This document shows, piece by piece, positions 1 through 12,311 of a stretch of DNA of 64,000 nt. Made by a program: the position numbers and the translations under genes. Location: NCBI GenBank assembly GCA_043228905.1, contig JBHGNT010000018.1:15686001-15750000 (forward strand), written 5' to 3'. The notes under the pieces are model-generated. The model had not been told where the DNA came from and did not search any database. It was given only the letters and a program-made list of their open reading frames with translations. The first letter of the stretch is position 1. Every line of letters starts with the position of its first letter. Source of the stretch: Azolla caroliniana. Taxonomy: Eukaryota > Plantae > Polypodiophyta.

Positions 1-2284
1 CTTCGGTGGCTTTCTCCCGTTCTTTTTGACACGCGGCCTGGACTTGTTCCTGTTCGACGATTCTCTCTTCTTGTAGGGAGAAGTAGGAATCCGATAATTC
101 GTCTTTTTGCTCCGAAAGTAGCTTGCATTTGATGAAAAACTTGTCAGCCATTTCTTTAAGGGTCGTACGCTGACTCTGCAGCTCGACATTCTCCGTGATC
201 ATTCTCTCCTCCCGTTGGCGATTTCTTTCCTCCTGCCGGTGGTTCTAGTCTTTCGCATTGTCGAGCGCGGCCTGTAGGTCTAGGACCTCCTTCTCTTTCT
301 TTGCCACTGTGGCTGCGTATTCCTCCAACTTGCTTTTGAGTTCGGCTTCTTTGCCCGCGGCTTGCGCTTGTACCCGACCCAGTGCTTCGTTCTGCTCGTG
401 TATCCTTTGGTCGGCCTGGGCTCTAATCTCGGCCATCTGCTTGGAAGCTTCTTCTTTTAGGCGAGCCATCGCCTCCTGATGCCGTTGTTCGTGTCTCTCG
501 GTTCGCCGTTGTTCTTCTTTAAGCTCCGCGCAGTAATCCCGAAGCGGGGGTTCTGTCTGGGTTGCCACCTCCTTGGGTGCACGAGGGGGTGGTATCTCGG
601 TCTTCTCCATGGGCGTGGCCGCCTCGGTTGTTGTGCAGGCATCGACCATTTGCAACGATTCCGTTTGTGTACTGGCCTGCATCGTCAGGATTGAATCTGT
701 GACGGTGCTTTCATCCATCATTGTTATGCGTGGAGGGGCTGGGAGGGCCTCGGTGGTCGTGGCCGGAAGGCTCAAGAGTTGTTGTTCCGGCCAGTTTTGC
801 TCCCAGGCTGCCAGCTTCTGTTTCGCAGCGTGCCATAATTTTGTAGCCATCTTAGCCTGTTTTTGGGCTATTTTTATCTTTCGGGCCATGTCTTTGGCTG
901 CCCGCGTAGTGCGATCCAGGTCCCTATATGCCTTGATAAGGGTCGTGTTCAACTCGGGGACCTCCATGAGGAGAGCGGCCTGTTTTGCCTGCTTCTTTCT
1001 CCCGATTTTTTGTAAAGCCCTGTCGTCCTGGGGTTCAATTTCACCTAATAGCGCGCGTTGAATCATTTTTGTTTCGGCATGCTCTTCCGCCATTCGAGCG
1101 GCTGCCGCGACTTGGGCTCTGGCGAGGAAGTCGACCAGCTCGAATGTCGTACCAAGGCGTAGGAGCGCACTAAATTCGTAAGCCTCTGCGGGGAGGTCCT
1201 TATATCCGAGGACTTCATCCTCCGAGATCTGCGTTGTCTACCCATGCTCGATCTTTCCCTGGTTCAGCGATGCCTCCTCAGGGATGATGGCCAGGTTGCT
1301 CTGTCTGACAACTAAGGCTTGCTCCTATTGTGACTCTTTCTGTTCTGCTGAGGACTCGCGGTTGAGTCGTCTTCTCTTGCTCGGCTGTGTTTGGGGTTCC
1401 GGGGTCGGTAGTGTCGTTTCCTCCGCCTGCTTCCTTTTCTGGGGTCATGGTGGTGCTGCCTGCTGTGTGTTGGGGCGTGGGCTAGGCCCTGGGGAAGTTA
1501 CCGAGGGGTGCGACGTTGGCTGTCGAATGGTGACATCATCTGCCATGTTGTCCTCCGCGGCTACCGCCTCCTCCCATTCTTGGCAGGTCTCAGAAACTGC
1601 CCTTTTTTCTTGGGATTGGGTGGGTGGTGGTGCAGATGCAGGGTTTTGGTCGGCGGCAGGAGGTGAAGGCGATGTGGGCTCCTCCCATGCTTCGTGGCTG
1701 ATGGCAACGAATTTCTCTTTCTGCCTTCATGGTGGTGGTGGGGACGTGAGTGTGCGAGGGGAAGGAAGAGAAGAGGGTGGGTATAGAACCATCAAAAAGT
1801 GGGTAAGAACAGACAACATCTTCTTACCGGACTGAAATGAAGCTAAGGCGGCGCGGAGTCCTTCGCCTGTGATGACTCCCCAATCGATTTTGTTTCCTTC
1901 ATATGCGTTGATGATGATGGCTGCCTTGTTCTGCGGCATGCTCGTTGGGTTCGTATGCACGAACGCATACTCCATTAATATACGAGCAATCTCCCCGAAA
2001 GCTCTGTTGGGACCGCCATACGTGCGATATGCCTTCCCTGAGGCTGAGTACTCACCAAAGTACGGTTTCATCTTCGATGCAGGGGGTATGTCGACCTCAT
2101 GGTCCCCTCCTCGTTGCAGGTCCAAAACAGCCCGAAGCACGTTGTTCGTGATGGCTTCGGGACCTATACGTTTAGCCACACCTTGGGCATCTGGGTGTGT
2201 GGGGGCATCGATGATCTTTAGGTAACCGCCCATTCCTCGTTCCTGGAGCCAGGCGCGGGTTTATGTTGAAGCGGTAAGAGGCAT
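1..2284 (-). pseudogene. Extra ORF downstream of gypsy pol: globular N-terminal domain, disordered linker, long coiled coil; broken by stops/frameshifts
   Basis: ORF pieces 1727-2233 (KPYFGEYSASGKAY, AYEGNKIDWG) and 245-1093 (EQ/EK-rich coiled coil). Homologous to 46646-47218 and 39368-40372. Confidence 0.75.
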
Positions 2285-2806
2285 GGTGGAGATGGAGACG
2301 GGGTTCGACTGCGTGGAAGCGTGAAGACGAGTGATGAGGCGAGGGCGAGACAGAGAAGGAACAACAGGAAGGGGAAGTTCAGTAGAGGGGTTATGAGAGT
2401 GAAAGAGGGCTTGAGAGCAAGAGCGTTTAGCGCGATGAGAGTGAGACGGGGTTTCTGAGCTTGAGAGCGATGGAGATTGGGAGCGATAATGAACTTCTGT
2501 GTCTATGCTGCGTTTTGGAAACGGTTTTAGTAACTTACTCCTAGGGTTTTGTGCTTGAAGCGAATCCTGAAGATTCTGAGTCGTGGGTGCCATAATAAGT
2601 GACTAACACCACGTGTCCTAAAGGTGAGTGGGGTGCTTCTAGTGCTTTGCATGTGCTTAAATAGGTACTAAATGAGTGGTGGCGAGGGGTGCTCCTAAAT
2701 TTGTGGGTGCCTAGGTGGGTGGTGTAGGTGTAGCTAATCGGTGGCTAAACTATGGTTAATCCTACCTACTACTACTTTTATTAATTTGAAGAAGGTGGGT
2801 GAGTCC

Positions 2807-5800
2807 TTATTCAGGGGGACACGTGGCCTCCTCCGTGGTGGTTTCCCGAAACGGGTTGGGTGGTGTAGTGCCTCGATATGGTCGAAGTCGGAAACCATTG
2901 GCCCAGCTTTTGACAGTGTCGCCGGCGAGTGTGCCGAGCTGGAACGTCCCGTTGAACTCGTCGATAATCCAGAATGGACCGGTCCACCGAAATCTTAATT
3001 TTCCCGGCATAGACCCGAGTCGTGTTTGAAAAAGAAGAACCGGTTTGCCGATGGTGAGCTCCTTTTCCAGCCCGTGTCGATGTCGATCCACGAAAGCCTT
3101 GCATTGCCGTTGGCGTTGTTCGAGCTGGGCCATACTCTCTATCCTATCTTCGTCGAGTTCGAGGAGTTGTTCCAGCCGGTATTGCTCGGATTGGGCCTCG
3201 GGGAGCCGTGCTTTGATTTGAACTCGGAGGCTCGGGACTTGGAACTCGACGGGCATTACGGCTTCTAACCCGAACGCCATTCGAAAGGGGGTTGATTGGA
3301 TGCTTGTTTTGAAAGTCGTATGATATGCCCACAGCGCGCTCTGGAGTTTGTCATCCCAATCGGTCCTATTTTCATTGACGATCTTCTTCAATATGGTTTG
3401 GAGGATTTTATTGGTCGATTCCGCCAAGCCGTTCGCCTGCGGGTAGTATGGTGTGCTTTTCTTGTGCACCACCGCGTAGTGGTGTGTAAGTTCACGTATT
3501 ATATGATTGATGAAGTGCCCACCTTGATCACTAACGAGATCGATTGGGCATCCGTAACGGCACCAGAGGTGCTCGTACACGAATTTAGCCGTGGATGCCG
3601 CCGTGTTGTCTCGGAGTGCCTTAGCCTCGACCCATTTGGTGCAGTAATCCGTGGCAACAATAATATACCTATTCCCTGTATGGGCCGCGGGTGGTTTGAA
3701 AGGGCTTACAAAATCCAAATCCCATTTTTGAAATGGGTCCAATGGAAGAATCGGCTGGTGTGGCATCCGTGACTATTCCATTGGTTGCCCTAGTCGTTGG
3801 CACAAATCGCACTGCTGGCAAAACTCGTGAGCGTCTTTCTTCGTTGTCGGCCACCACAATCCACTTTGCCAAACTTTCCTTGTCGTGGAATCCCCGGCGT
3901 AGTGCCCCCCAACTACTCCCTGGTGGGCTTCCTGAAGAACGGCGTTCTTCTCGAATTGCCGAATCACTCGGCGCCATATGCTGTCCGAGCCTTTGTGGTA
4001 GAGAATGTCCGAGATGAGGCAAAAATTCCGGCTACGCACTGCTAGGCGTTTTCTCATGTCAAGGGGCATGTGCTCGGGAGGTACACCAGTAGTGAGAAAA
4101 TGGGTCATCTCCGTGATCCATTCATCTCCGTTATCGTCTAGTATCGTGGTCAGGTTAAATAGGTTGGCGTCCGGTAGCTCATCGTACGTTGTTTTCGCCA
4201 GTTCCCCTGACTCAAGATGGCTCAAGTAGTCGGCGACGACATGTTGTACCCCGGGTCAATGCTGAATCTGGAAATCAAACTCTTGTAGTAGGAGCATCCA
4301 CCGAGCTAACCGTCCGGTGAGGGCTTGTTTATTGACCAAATAAAGAAGGGCCGAGTGATCCACGTGAAAGGTAAATTTTCAGCCCAAGAGGTAATGCCGA
4401 AATTTATTGATGCTATAAATCATACCGAGGGCCTCCCGCTCGGTGGTGGAGTAATTCTTTTCCGCGATCGAGAGCCGTCGGCTGGCGTAGTACACGGGCC
4501 TATACCAATTCGGGGGTGTGCATTGCATCAGGGCACTTCCGATGGCGATGTCTGAAGCATCTACGAAGACATGAAAAAGTTCGAACCAAACCAGAGACTA
4601 GACCACCGGGGCATGTGACAACATTCTATTCAGGGTCTGATAGGCCGTGTCCTCGATTGACGTCCATTGGAAAGGAAGGCGATGGACTGCCGCATGTAAA
4701 GGTGTCGCGAAATCGGCCAAGTGTCGTATCATTCAGCTATGCCACCGGATCTGTCCCAAAAAACGGCTTAGTGCCTTAGCATTCAAGGGTGCGGTGGCGG
4801 TCAGGATTGCCTTTACTTTATCCGGGTCCATAGCGATGCCTTCTTGACTGACAATGTGGCCGAGAAGGTTGTCGCTGGTGACTAAGAACGCGCATTTCGT
4901 CGGGTTTAAACTCAATCGAGCTTGGCGACATCGGTCCAGGCAGAGTCGTAACTGGGTCATGTGTTCCCGTCGATGGCCATACACGGCGAAATCGTCGAGA
5001 AAGACTTGCATGAACGCCGGGATGTAGTCATGAAAGATTTCGGTGATGATGCGCTGGAACGTAGCCGGCGCCGTTTTTAGACCGAACATCATTACTTCTG
5101 CTACAAAAACCCATCGAGGAAATTGTAGCATTCGTGGCCGGCTACCGTGTCGAGGACGCTGTCCATGAATGGGAGAGGGAAACCGTCGGTGACTGTTGCC
5201 GTGTTAAGCTTCCGATAGTCGACGCAGACGCGGATTTTTCCGTTCTTCTTTGGGACCACTACGATCGGGCTCAACCACGTGGCCCGTTTAACAGGGCAAA
5301 TGAAGCCCACTCGGAGTAGTTTGTCGATTTCCTCTTTGACTTTAGCAGCATAGTTGGGGTTCATCCTATAGCGCCTCTGCTGAACCGGCCGAGTGTCGGG
5401 TAAGATGTGAATTTGATGTTGGTAGTATTGAGGATCCAGCCCCTTCATATCGGTGTAAGACCAAGCGAAAACATCCTGGTAGTCGGTGAGCAATCTTACG
5501 AGGCATGCCCGTTCTCCGAGGTTTATTGTTTCCAGGGTTGATGCGTTCACTCGTTGTGAAATGGCGAGTTCGCGTTCGAAAGACTCCCGAGCATGACGTA
5601 GCTCGGCAATTGTGGTTGGATCTGGTTCATCTTGGGGTGGTGACTCCTCCGTGACTTCCTCGTCTTTAGGTGGCTCGATGGTTGGTAAGGCATTGATTTC
5701 GAAGAGAGGGATGATCGTGGGATGATCATCTAGGAAGTCATCGACCTCCTCATCGGCCAAACTGTCAAGCATATGGACCCCTTCTGCGTATAACGGCAAA

Positions 5801-7878
5801 GTGTTGAGGGTGACGGGGACTTGTTCTTCAGTGATGATCCGGACTTTTGTCTTGCCTCTTCGGAACGAGATCATGTTGCGTTGCCAATGTTGCTTGATAT
5901 TCGTTGTACGCAACCATGGTCGACCTAGTAACATTGGGTAGGCGCCTTGTGTCTCCAGTCTTAGCACGAAGGCCGAGATCGTGAACATGTGGCCTCCGAG
6001 TGTGAAGTCGAGATGGCGGATTAAACCAATGGGGCGAACGGAGCGGGTGTCGGCCATCCGAAGCCAAAAGGGGCATGGTTCCCATTGATTTAGGCCGAGG
6101 TTGAGACACGTTGACTTGCTAATAACGTTTACGCCGGATCTGCCGTCGATGATGCATCCGTGCAGGTCTTGTCCCTTAATGATGATTCGCACGGCTGGGT
6201 TCTGAGAATCCATGAGTGGTGGACCGGTTCCTACTTCGGTGAGGTGTACCGGTGGCGTCACAAGCTTAGTATTGGCCTGGAGTGCCGCCAGGGTGTCCCG
6301 AAATCTCGGCATGAGTGGTAACAGTTTATGTAGGGGAAGCGAGATGCGGGAGTTGGTAAGAACATCCCATAGCTGGTCGTCCTCCGATGACGTGGATGGT
6401 GCCGAGGTTTGTGGTGCTTCACTGGGCCCGTCTCTCATGTCAGTTTGCATGTGTATGGCATTATTTTTATTGGTCGTGTTGATCCATTCTTTTGCTGCCT
6501 GACGGACTTCATCCTGGATTTGCCACTGAGTAGTCTGCGCTTTACTCCGGGTAGTGACCGTTTGAACATCGGCCATGATACTGTTCACCGCAGGTGCCTT
6601 GCCACGGTTGATTGTTGGACATTGCGTGGCGTAGTGGCCTGGTTGGTTACATTTAAAACATGTCACGTTGGTCGAGTTGTTGGTGTCCGCTCGGTCTGTG
6701 TGTGGAAGCTGTTGTTGTTGATTCTTAGTCTCGTTTGGTGGTGGGTTGTTCCGAGGTGCGTTGGAGTTGCGCTGGTCATTTTGAGGAGCATCCCGTCGGC
6801 GGTTGTCGTTTCGCCGATCAATGCGTGAGTTCCGTCGGTCATACTGGTCATCGCGATCATCATCATATCGAGCATAATCGTCGTGCCGGTCATCGCGATA
6901 ATGATCACGTCAGTAGTCGTCGTCTCGGCGTCGTCGATCCGGGGATCGAGGTTGGTCGTTATCCTGGTCTCGGTAGACATATCGCTCGTCCTGCCGAGAG
7001 TATGTATTTCGTGGCTCGATCTAGCGGACCGGTGCCGCCGTTGTGCGGTTCAGCATATTATATTCGCACTGCTCGACCATGTGAGCTCGAGACTGACAGA
7101 TCGGACATTGTGGTCGGTGGGGACATTCGAGGGCCAGGTGCCATGATCCTGAACACGCCGTGCATTGGAGGCCTTGGCGAAAGCGATTGTCCTCTTGGGG
7201 AAGAGCGTTTTCCAAGGATGTCATTAAGAAGGCCGCATTGTGCTGGGTCCGATCGAGGGCGAGAACCCGCGCTATGACTTGTTCGATAGTATGGTTGGCG
7301 AAATTTGTAAGTGCGAGAGTCGTTCGGAGAGGCTCTCATAAACTGGATAGGAAAGTGTCTGGTATATGTTGTGCCGAGACATCATCGGCCACTTGTTTGT
7401 AGAGATCCTGGAACCGGATCGTGAACTGCGCGACCGTTTCGTGCGGTTCCTGGCATATAGAGAAGAATTGTCGGAGCAGTTCCCGTTTAGCCACCTCGCG
7501 ATGAAAAAGTTCAAGGAACTTTGTGCGCATGATTTGGAAAGTGGTGGCCTCTCCTATTTCAAGGCGAGAGTACCAACGGGCGGCCGGTCCATTGAGGGAG
7601 AGTGTGAACTTGGCAATCTTTGAGGCATCGATTTCGGCCGGCGTGAGGCGGTGCGTTGAGTGGTTGGCCTGCCACGTGGATATGAAGGCACGGATGTGTG
7701 ACTCCGCGTCTGGTCCGTCGGTGTATCGTGGGTATGGGCACGGCATGATGTCGTACTGTGGGTCTTCTGGTAGCACCGGAAAAGGGTTTAGTTCCGGTTG
7801 ATTGACCTCCGAAGGGCTCGACGGGGGTTTTGGTGGTGAATCAACTCGCGATCGAGTGTCCGGTGGCGAGGATTGCAC
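2807..7878 (-). pseudogene. gypsy gag-pol (fragmented)
   Basis: Gag pieces with CCHC knuckles; protease IIDGRSGVN; RT WLSPIVVVPKK, RVCVDYRKLN, VFLDD; RNaseH; integrase HHCC (EAHQG..GH..CQQCDLCQ), SDQGGHF, PQANGLAE and WTGPFWI. Multiple frameshifts and an RT deletion near 5110. Confidence 0.92.
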
Positions 7879-8051
7879 TGGGGAAGCCTCCGATTGCTTG
7901 GGAAAGGATTGGTCAATGACCGCCGAGTCGGAAGTTCCTTCGACTGGCTCAAGGCGTCGGGCGAGAGGCCGAGACCTCGTGGTGCGAGAGGGCGTCGTAA
8001 CGGCGGCTGGTGGTTACCTTCAACGAAGTTCGCTGTGCACTCACAGTTGTA

Positions 8052-8064
8052 ACCGGGCATGCCA
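8052..8064 (-). promoter_or_regulatory. Primer-binding site, tRNA-Arg-like (TGGCATGCCCGGT)
   Basis: Lies 3-5 nt after the LTR end on the minus strand and begins with TGG. Resembles the complement of plant tRNA-Arg(UCU) 3' ends (recalled, not searched). Confidence 0.7.
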
Positions 8065-8069
8065 AATTG

Positions 8070-8528
8070 TGTTACCCGTTCCTTTGGGTGAACACCTTCG
8101 ATTAATCTGCGGCTATCGGTATTCAAGGGCGTGGTACGTGAAGGCTCCTAACAGAGGCGTCGAGAGGGAGACAGGGCTCAGAGAGAAAACACTAGCAAGG
8201 TCTTGATAGGCGTGGGCGACGTTGAAATCATAGGTATGAATCAAAGCATAGACACATGGAACAAACTGGGCACAATTCAGATATATTACTGCGATAGAAA
8301 AAAGATTACAGAACACAGCCTACGGTCGGTGACCTTACAAGATTCTCTAATTACGAGGGACTCAGCTAGTGCTTCCGCCTATATTTTTCTTCTCTCTCTC
8401 CTCTGAGGTACTGGTCCTCGTTTAAATAACTTTTCCCCTAATACACAGCCGAGCCGTCGGTGGCCCGTGATACTCGAACTCGGCGTTTGCTAATTTCCTA
8501 ATTTTACATTTCTGTCCTCTGGATAACA
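8070..8528 (-). repeat. 5' LTR of gypsy element 1 (~459 bp)
   Basis: TGTTA...TAACA termini, TATTTAAA box, followed by PBS. Confidence 0.75.
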
Positions 8529-9613
8529 GCTGAGAGTAACCACCAGGTTCTCCCAACTTTTTGACAATGTACACATCAATAGGATGCCCTGCATTGCATC
8601 ATCTAGGGGAAACTTGGTCGCAACAAGTTGATTTACATACCCCATAAATGTGTTGATGTGTTTGATGATGCTCTCACCATCTCTGTATTTCAGCCGTACA
8701 ATTTTTCTCATTAGCAAGGTTCTGTTTAGCGCGTTCTTCCTCTTGTACAAACCCGACAGCTTTTGCCACATCTCGTGGGCATTAGTGTCGTTCGCCACAT
8801 GCTGAAGGACACTTACATCGACACATTGTCGAATTGTGGCCACCGCCTTCCTATTCAGAAGCTTCCAGTCCGACTCCAATACCCCCCTGGGTATTTCTGC
8901 TCTATCGACTAGCTCGTACAGGTCTTTATCTATGAGAAGGTCTTCCATCTTTATCTTCCAGTCTACATAGTTCTGTGAGTTCAGAACTATCATACCTGGG
9001 AAACCGCTAACACCTCCTTCCATGCTTGCACCTCAAGCTCTGATACTAGTTTGTTGAGAAATCAATGCAAAATAGATCACAATAAACGAACTACGCGCTG
9101 AAATACGATTTACAGAAATGCCAGAAAGAAAAGATAAACAGAAGTATACACAGAGTTTTACGTGGAAACCCTAAAACGGGGAAAAACCACGGGAATAGAA
9201 TCTTCACTATACAAATAGTAGATATACAATAGCGAGAAGATTACAACAATCTCTCACAAGTGCATCAGCCGCACAGGGCTCTTCGCGTCTGTTGTTACAC
9301 ACATAGCTATGGCATGACTCTTCCTTCTCTCACACTCTCTGTCTCTCTCACACACGTTCTACAACTTCTGGTTTTACACTCTGTTCCACTACACACTAAA
9401 AGTTTGCCCTAGTTGCATATATACTTACGCAACTTTTTGGTTATTTACATACGTAGCCCTCATGGGGGGCACACTTAGACTATTTACAATTATAGTCTCC
9501 CGAGTTGGCTATATACACGATTCCGGTTTTGGCCTCGACCTATCGGCCTCAACTGAGTCCCTCATCAACTCGGCTCTTCTCTCTCCCCATCTGGAGAGAC
9601 CTGTTTCCTAACA
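8529..9613 (-). mobile_element. Ty1/copia (Tnt1/Tork-like) 5' part: LTR 9052-9613, mutated Met PBS, gag interrupted by the gypsy element
   Basis: ORF 8490-9023 is a close homologue of the gag starting at 41415. PBS TAGTATCAGAGC. LTR start TGTTAGGAAACAGGTCTCTCCAGATGGG resembles those at 40784 and 55032. Confidence 0.88.
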
Positions 9614-9788
9614 TCATCATCATTATTATTACTATAATAATAATAGTCGAATCTTCAAACAGTCGACTCACTGTTTTCAACTGTCGGCTTTCCGAATAGT
9701 CGGATCTTCCCAGTCATCGACTAGTCATCGACTGTCGGCTTTCCAAACAGTCGGTTCTTCCTCCCACTGGAGGGACATATTCCCAACA
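9614..9788 (-). repeat. 5' fragment of another LTR (TGTTGGGAATATGTCCCTCC family)
   Basis: LTR-type start at 9788, same family as 53158-53453, with GTCGA/CTGTCGG sub-repeats. Confidence 0.6.
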
Positions 9789-12311
9789 CAACACATCCGA
9801 ATCATTGTCGTTGAGGTGATCAACTTCATATTCGGGCATCCAAGGTCGTACTTGGCCACGACTTGCTTGGTATGCTTGAAGGCTCAGGTGGGCTTGGATT
9901 GTCCTTTGGTAGAGGACTTGTCCGAATATCGTCCTCCGAGTTGACGTTCAACTCTTCCTCGGTCGGCTCGGGTGGATCCAAATCGGGCTTATACCATGAT
10001 GCCGATTCGTCGAAGACTACGTCCTGACTCACCTGAACCGCTCAGGTCGAAGGGTTATAGCACTTGTATGCCTTTGTCTCAGACGATTATCCTACGAGGA
10101 TACATGTCTCCGACTTCATGTTGGGCTTCTGTCGGTTGTCATTCGGGATGCGTACATTTGCAATGCTTCCGAACACCTTGAGGTGAGACACGATTGACTT
10201 CCTTTTGACAAGGAGCTTGTATGGAGTTAGCTCATGGACTCCATTGGTGGTGCATCGATTCATGAGATAGACGGTCGTGGATGTCACCTTGGCCCAATAG
10301 AAGTTTGGCGTGTGCTTCTCACGCATCATGGCACGTGCTACCTCGCGAATTTGCCGATTCTTCCTTTCGGCGACTCCATTTTGTTGGGGTGTGTGTCGGC
10401 ACGAGAATTCTCTCCGAATGCCTTCACCTTGGAGGTAGGAGATGAATTCGTCGGAGAAGTACTCCTTGCCTCCATCCGATCGTAGTCATCGAATGTGCTG
10501 ACCAGTTTCTTTTTCGACTTGGCTCTTGAGCTTTCGGAAGTGGGAGAGCACTTCACTCTTCTTCTTCATCGGGAAGATCCACGTGTAGCGCGAGTAGTCA
10601 TCGATGAAGGTGACGTGTATTGGCATCCGCCAATCTTCGACGTTTGAGCCGGTCCCCATACATCCTGTATGATGTCGAGGAGGCCTTTGCTTGCATGGCT
10701 CTCCTTTGGGAATGGGAGTCGATGTTGTTTGCAGAGTTGACACGCTTCACACACTCAGTCGACTTGTTTCAACTCGAAGGTCGGAAGTCCGATGACGACT
10801 CCCTTTGTTTGCATAGGTCAGAGTCATTGGAGGTTGATGTGGCTGATTCTTTTATGCCGCAACTCGATGCTTGTCTCAGTTTTGCGACCTTTGGCATACA
10901 TGGCTGATTTCACCTCGTTCGAATCGAGAATGAACATTCGACCATCTCTCTGTCCCTTAGCGATGAGTTGGCCATCTTTCTCAATGAAGCATCCTTCGTT
11001 GTTGAAACGAACTTGCATGCCTTGCTCCACGATTTGGCTGACCGAGACCAAATTCTTTGTTATTGTGGGCACGTGCAAGACATTCTTGATGCAATTTTGT
11101 TGGTCTTCTTTCCCGAATGGGACATTGCCATTGTGCCGAATGGGATGTGTGGTGTCGTCTCCCGTCTCTATGAAGTCGGGTCAATCCGGCGTTTGTTAGT
11201 AACAAAACCACTCTTGGTGTGATGTCATATGATGTGAGGCACCGGAGTCGACGAACCACACGTCTTCCGAGTTGGAGGTGCATGTGGAGTTGGAGACCGA
11301 CATAGAGTTCACTCTATGTCTCATTACGAATAGACCACCGTAATCATCGTATTCGGAGTTGTTGGCGTAGTTTGTGAGTTGTTGGCTTGTTGAAGCAGAC
11401 TCACTTCTCTTTTTCTGACACTACTCTTCGCAGTCACCGATTTTGCCGCAATAGTTGCAAGCAATGGGCCACGTTTGTTGAACTTGTTCGGCATGGAAGC
11501 TCCCCCTTCTTCCGAAGGTTCCTCGATAGCTTCTGTCTTGTTGTCGAAGGTTTGGATCGAATCAACCTCTTCTACCTCTTTGTCCTCGTCCTCGGCCACC
11601 ATCCGAATTCGAGAAGAATATTTGTCCTTCTGATGTCTTGGTTATGGTTTGGACGTCATTCTCTTCAACCAATAGCATTGATTGAAGGTCAAAGAACGAA
11701 GGAGGGTTTTCTCTCGCTAAGATTGCCATCCTTAACGAGTCGAATCATTGTGCGAGGTCGCCTAAGCATACTTGAACCATCTCATCTTCGTCAACATTTA
11801 TGTTGATGGAGCCAAGCGAGTCACAAATGCTCTTTATCTTGGCGGTGTAGTTTGAACAAACATATCTTCTTACTGAATGTTGTTCAACTCTTGTCAGAGT
11901 TAAAGCTTTCGGGCAGTCGTGTTGGTGGCGAACATTTTCTTTAAGTTCGCCCACACTTCTTTAGGTGTCTTGGCGTCTCGAATGTGGCTAAGCATGTGGT
12001 CGTGAACACATATTGCCAAGCAATACATGACTCGACTCACCGCTTGCTCCCATGTTGAGTAATCAGCGTTCTTTGGGTCGGGTCAATTTTCTTATGGGCC
12101 GTTGATGTAGCTCCAATACTCTTGGCTGACAAGGTATTGGTTCATCTTGTACTCCGACGATGAATAATTGCTCCGGTCTAGCTTTTCAGTAGGGAGTGAG
12201 CTACCCATTTGTGTGTTCATGTTGATTAGTGTCTTCTCTTCTTTTGCTTTTCTTCCTTTGATCATGTACACGTGCTACGTAGCAACACTATAGTAGCGGA
12301 TAGCCGGATTT
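9789..12311 (-). mobile_element. Degenerate Ty1/copia element, gag through integrase
   Basis: Gag start ~12220 (EKLDRSNY), protease WFVDSGAS, integrase CEACQLCK, TFIDDYSRYTWIFPMK, SQDVVFDE. Same family as 59000-64000. Confidence 0.85.

Larger units (their letters stand above)
1..8528 (-). mobile_element. Ty3/gypsy LTR retrotransposon (non-chromovirus, Athila/Tat-like integrase C-terminus), degenerate; 3' end runs off the window
   Basis: Order on minus strand is LTR, PBS, gag, protease, RT, RNaseH, integrase, extra ORF. It is inserted into a copia gag: the ENLVVTLS reading is cut by TGTTATCC at 8528. Confidence 0.92.

Noticed and set aside
12255-12311. Apparent non-tRNA PBS (AATCCGGCTATCCGC) after the 12312-12744 LTR
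   Set aside because: This looks like the U5 remnant of the copia's own LTR ending ...GTACA followed by a degenerate Met PBS (TGATCAAAG). The 433-bp LTR is probably a separate insertion.
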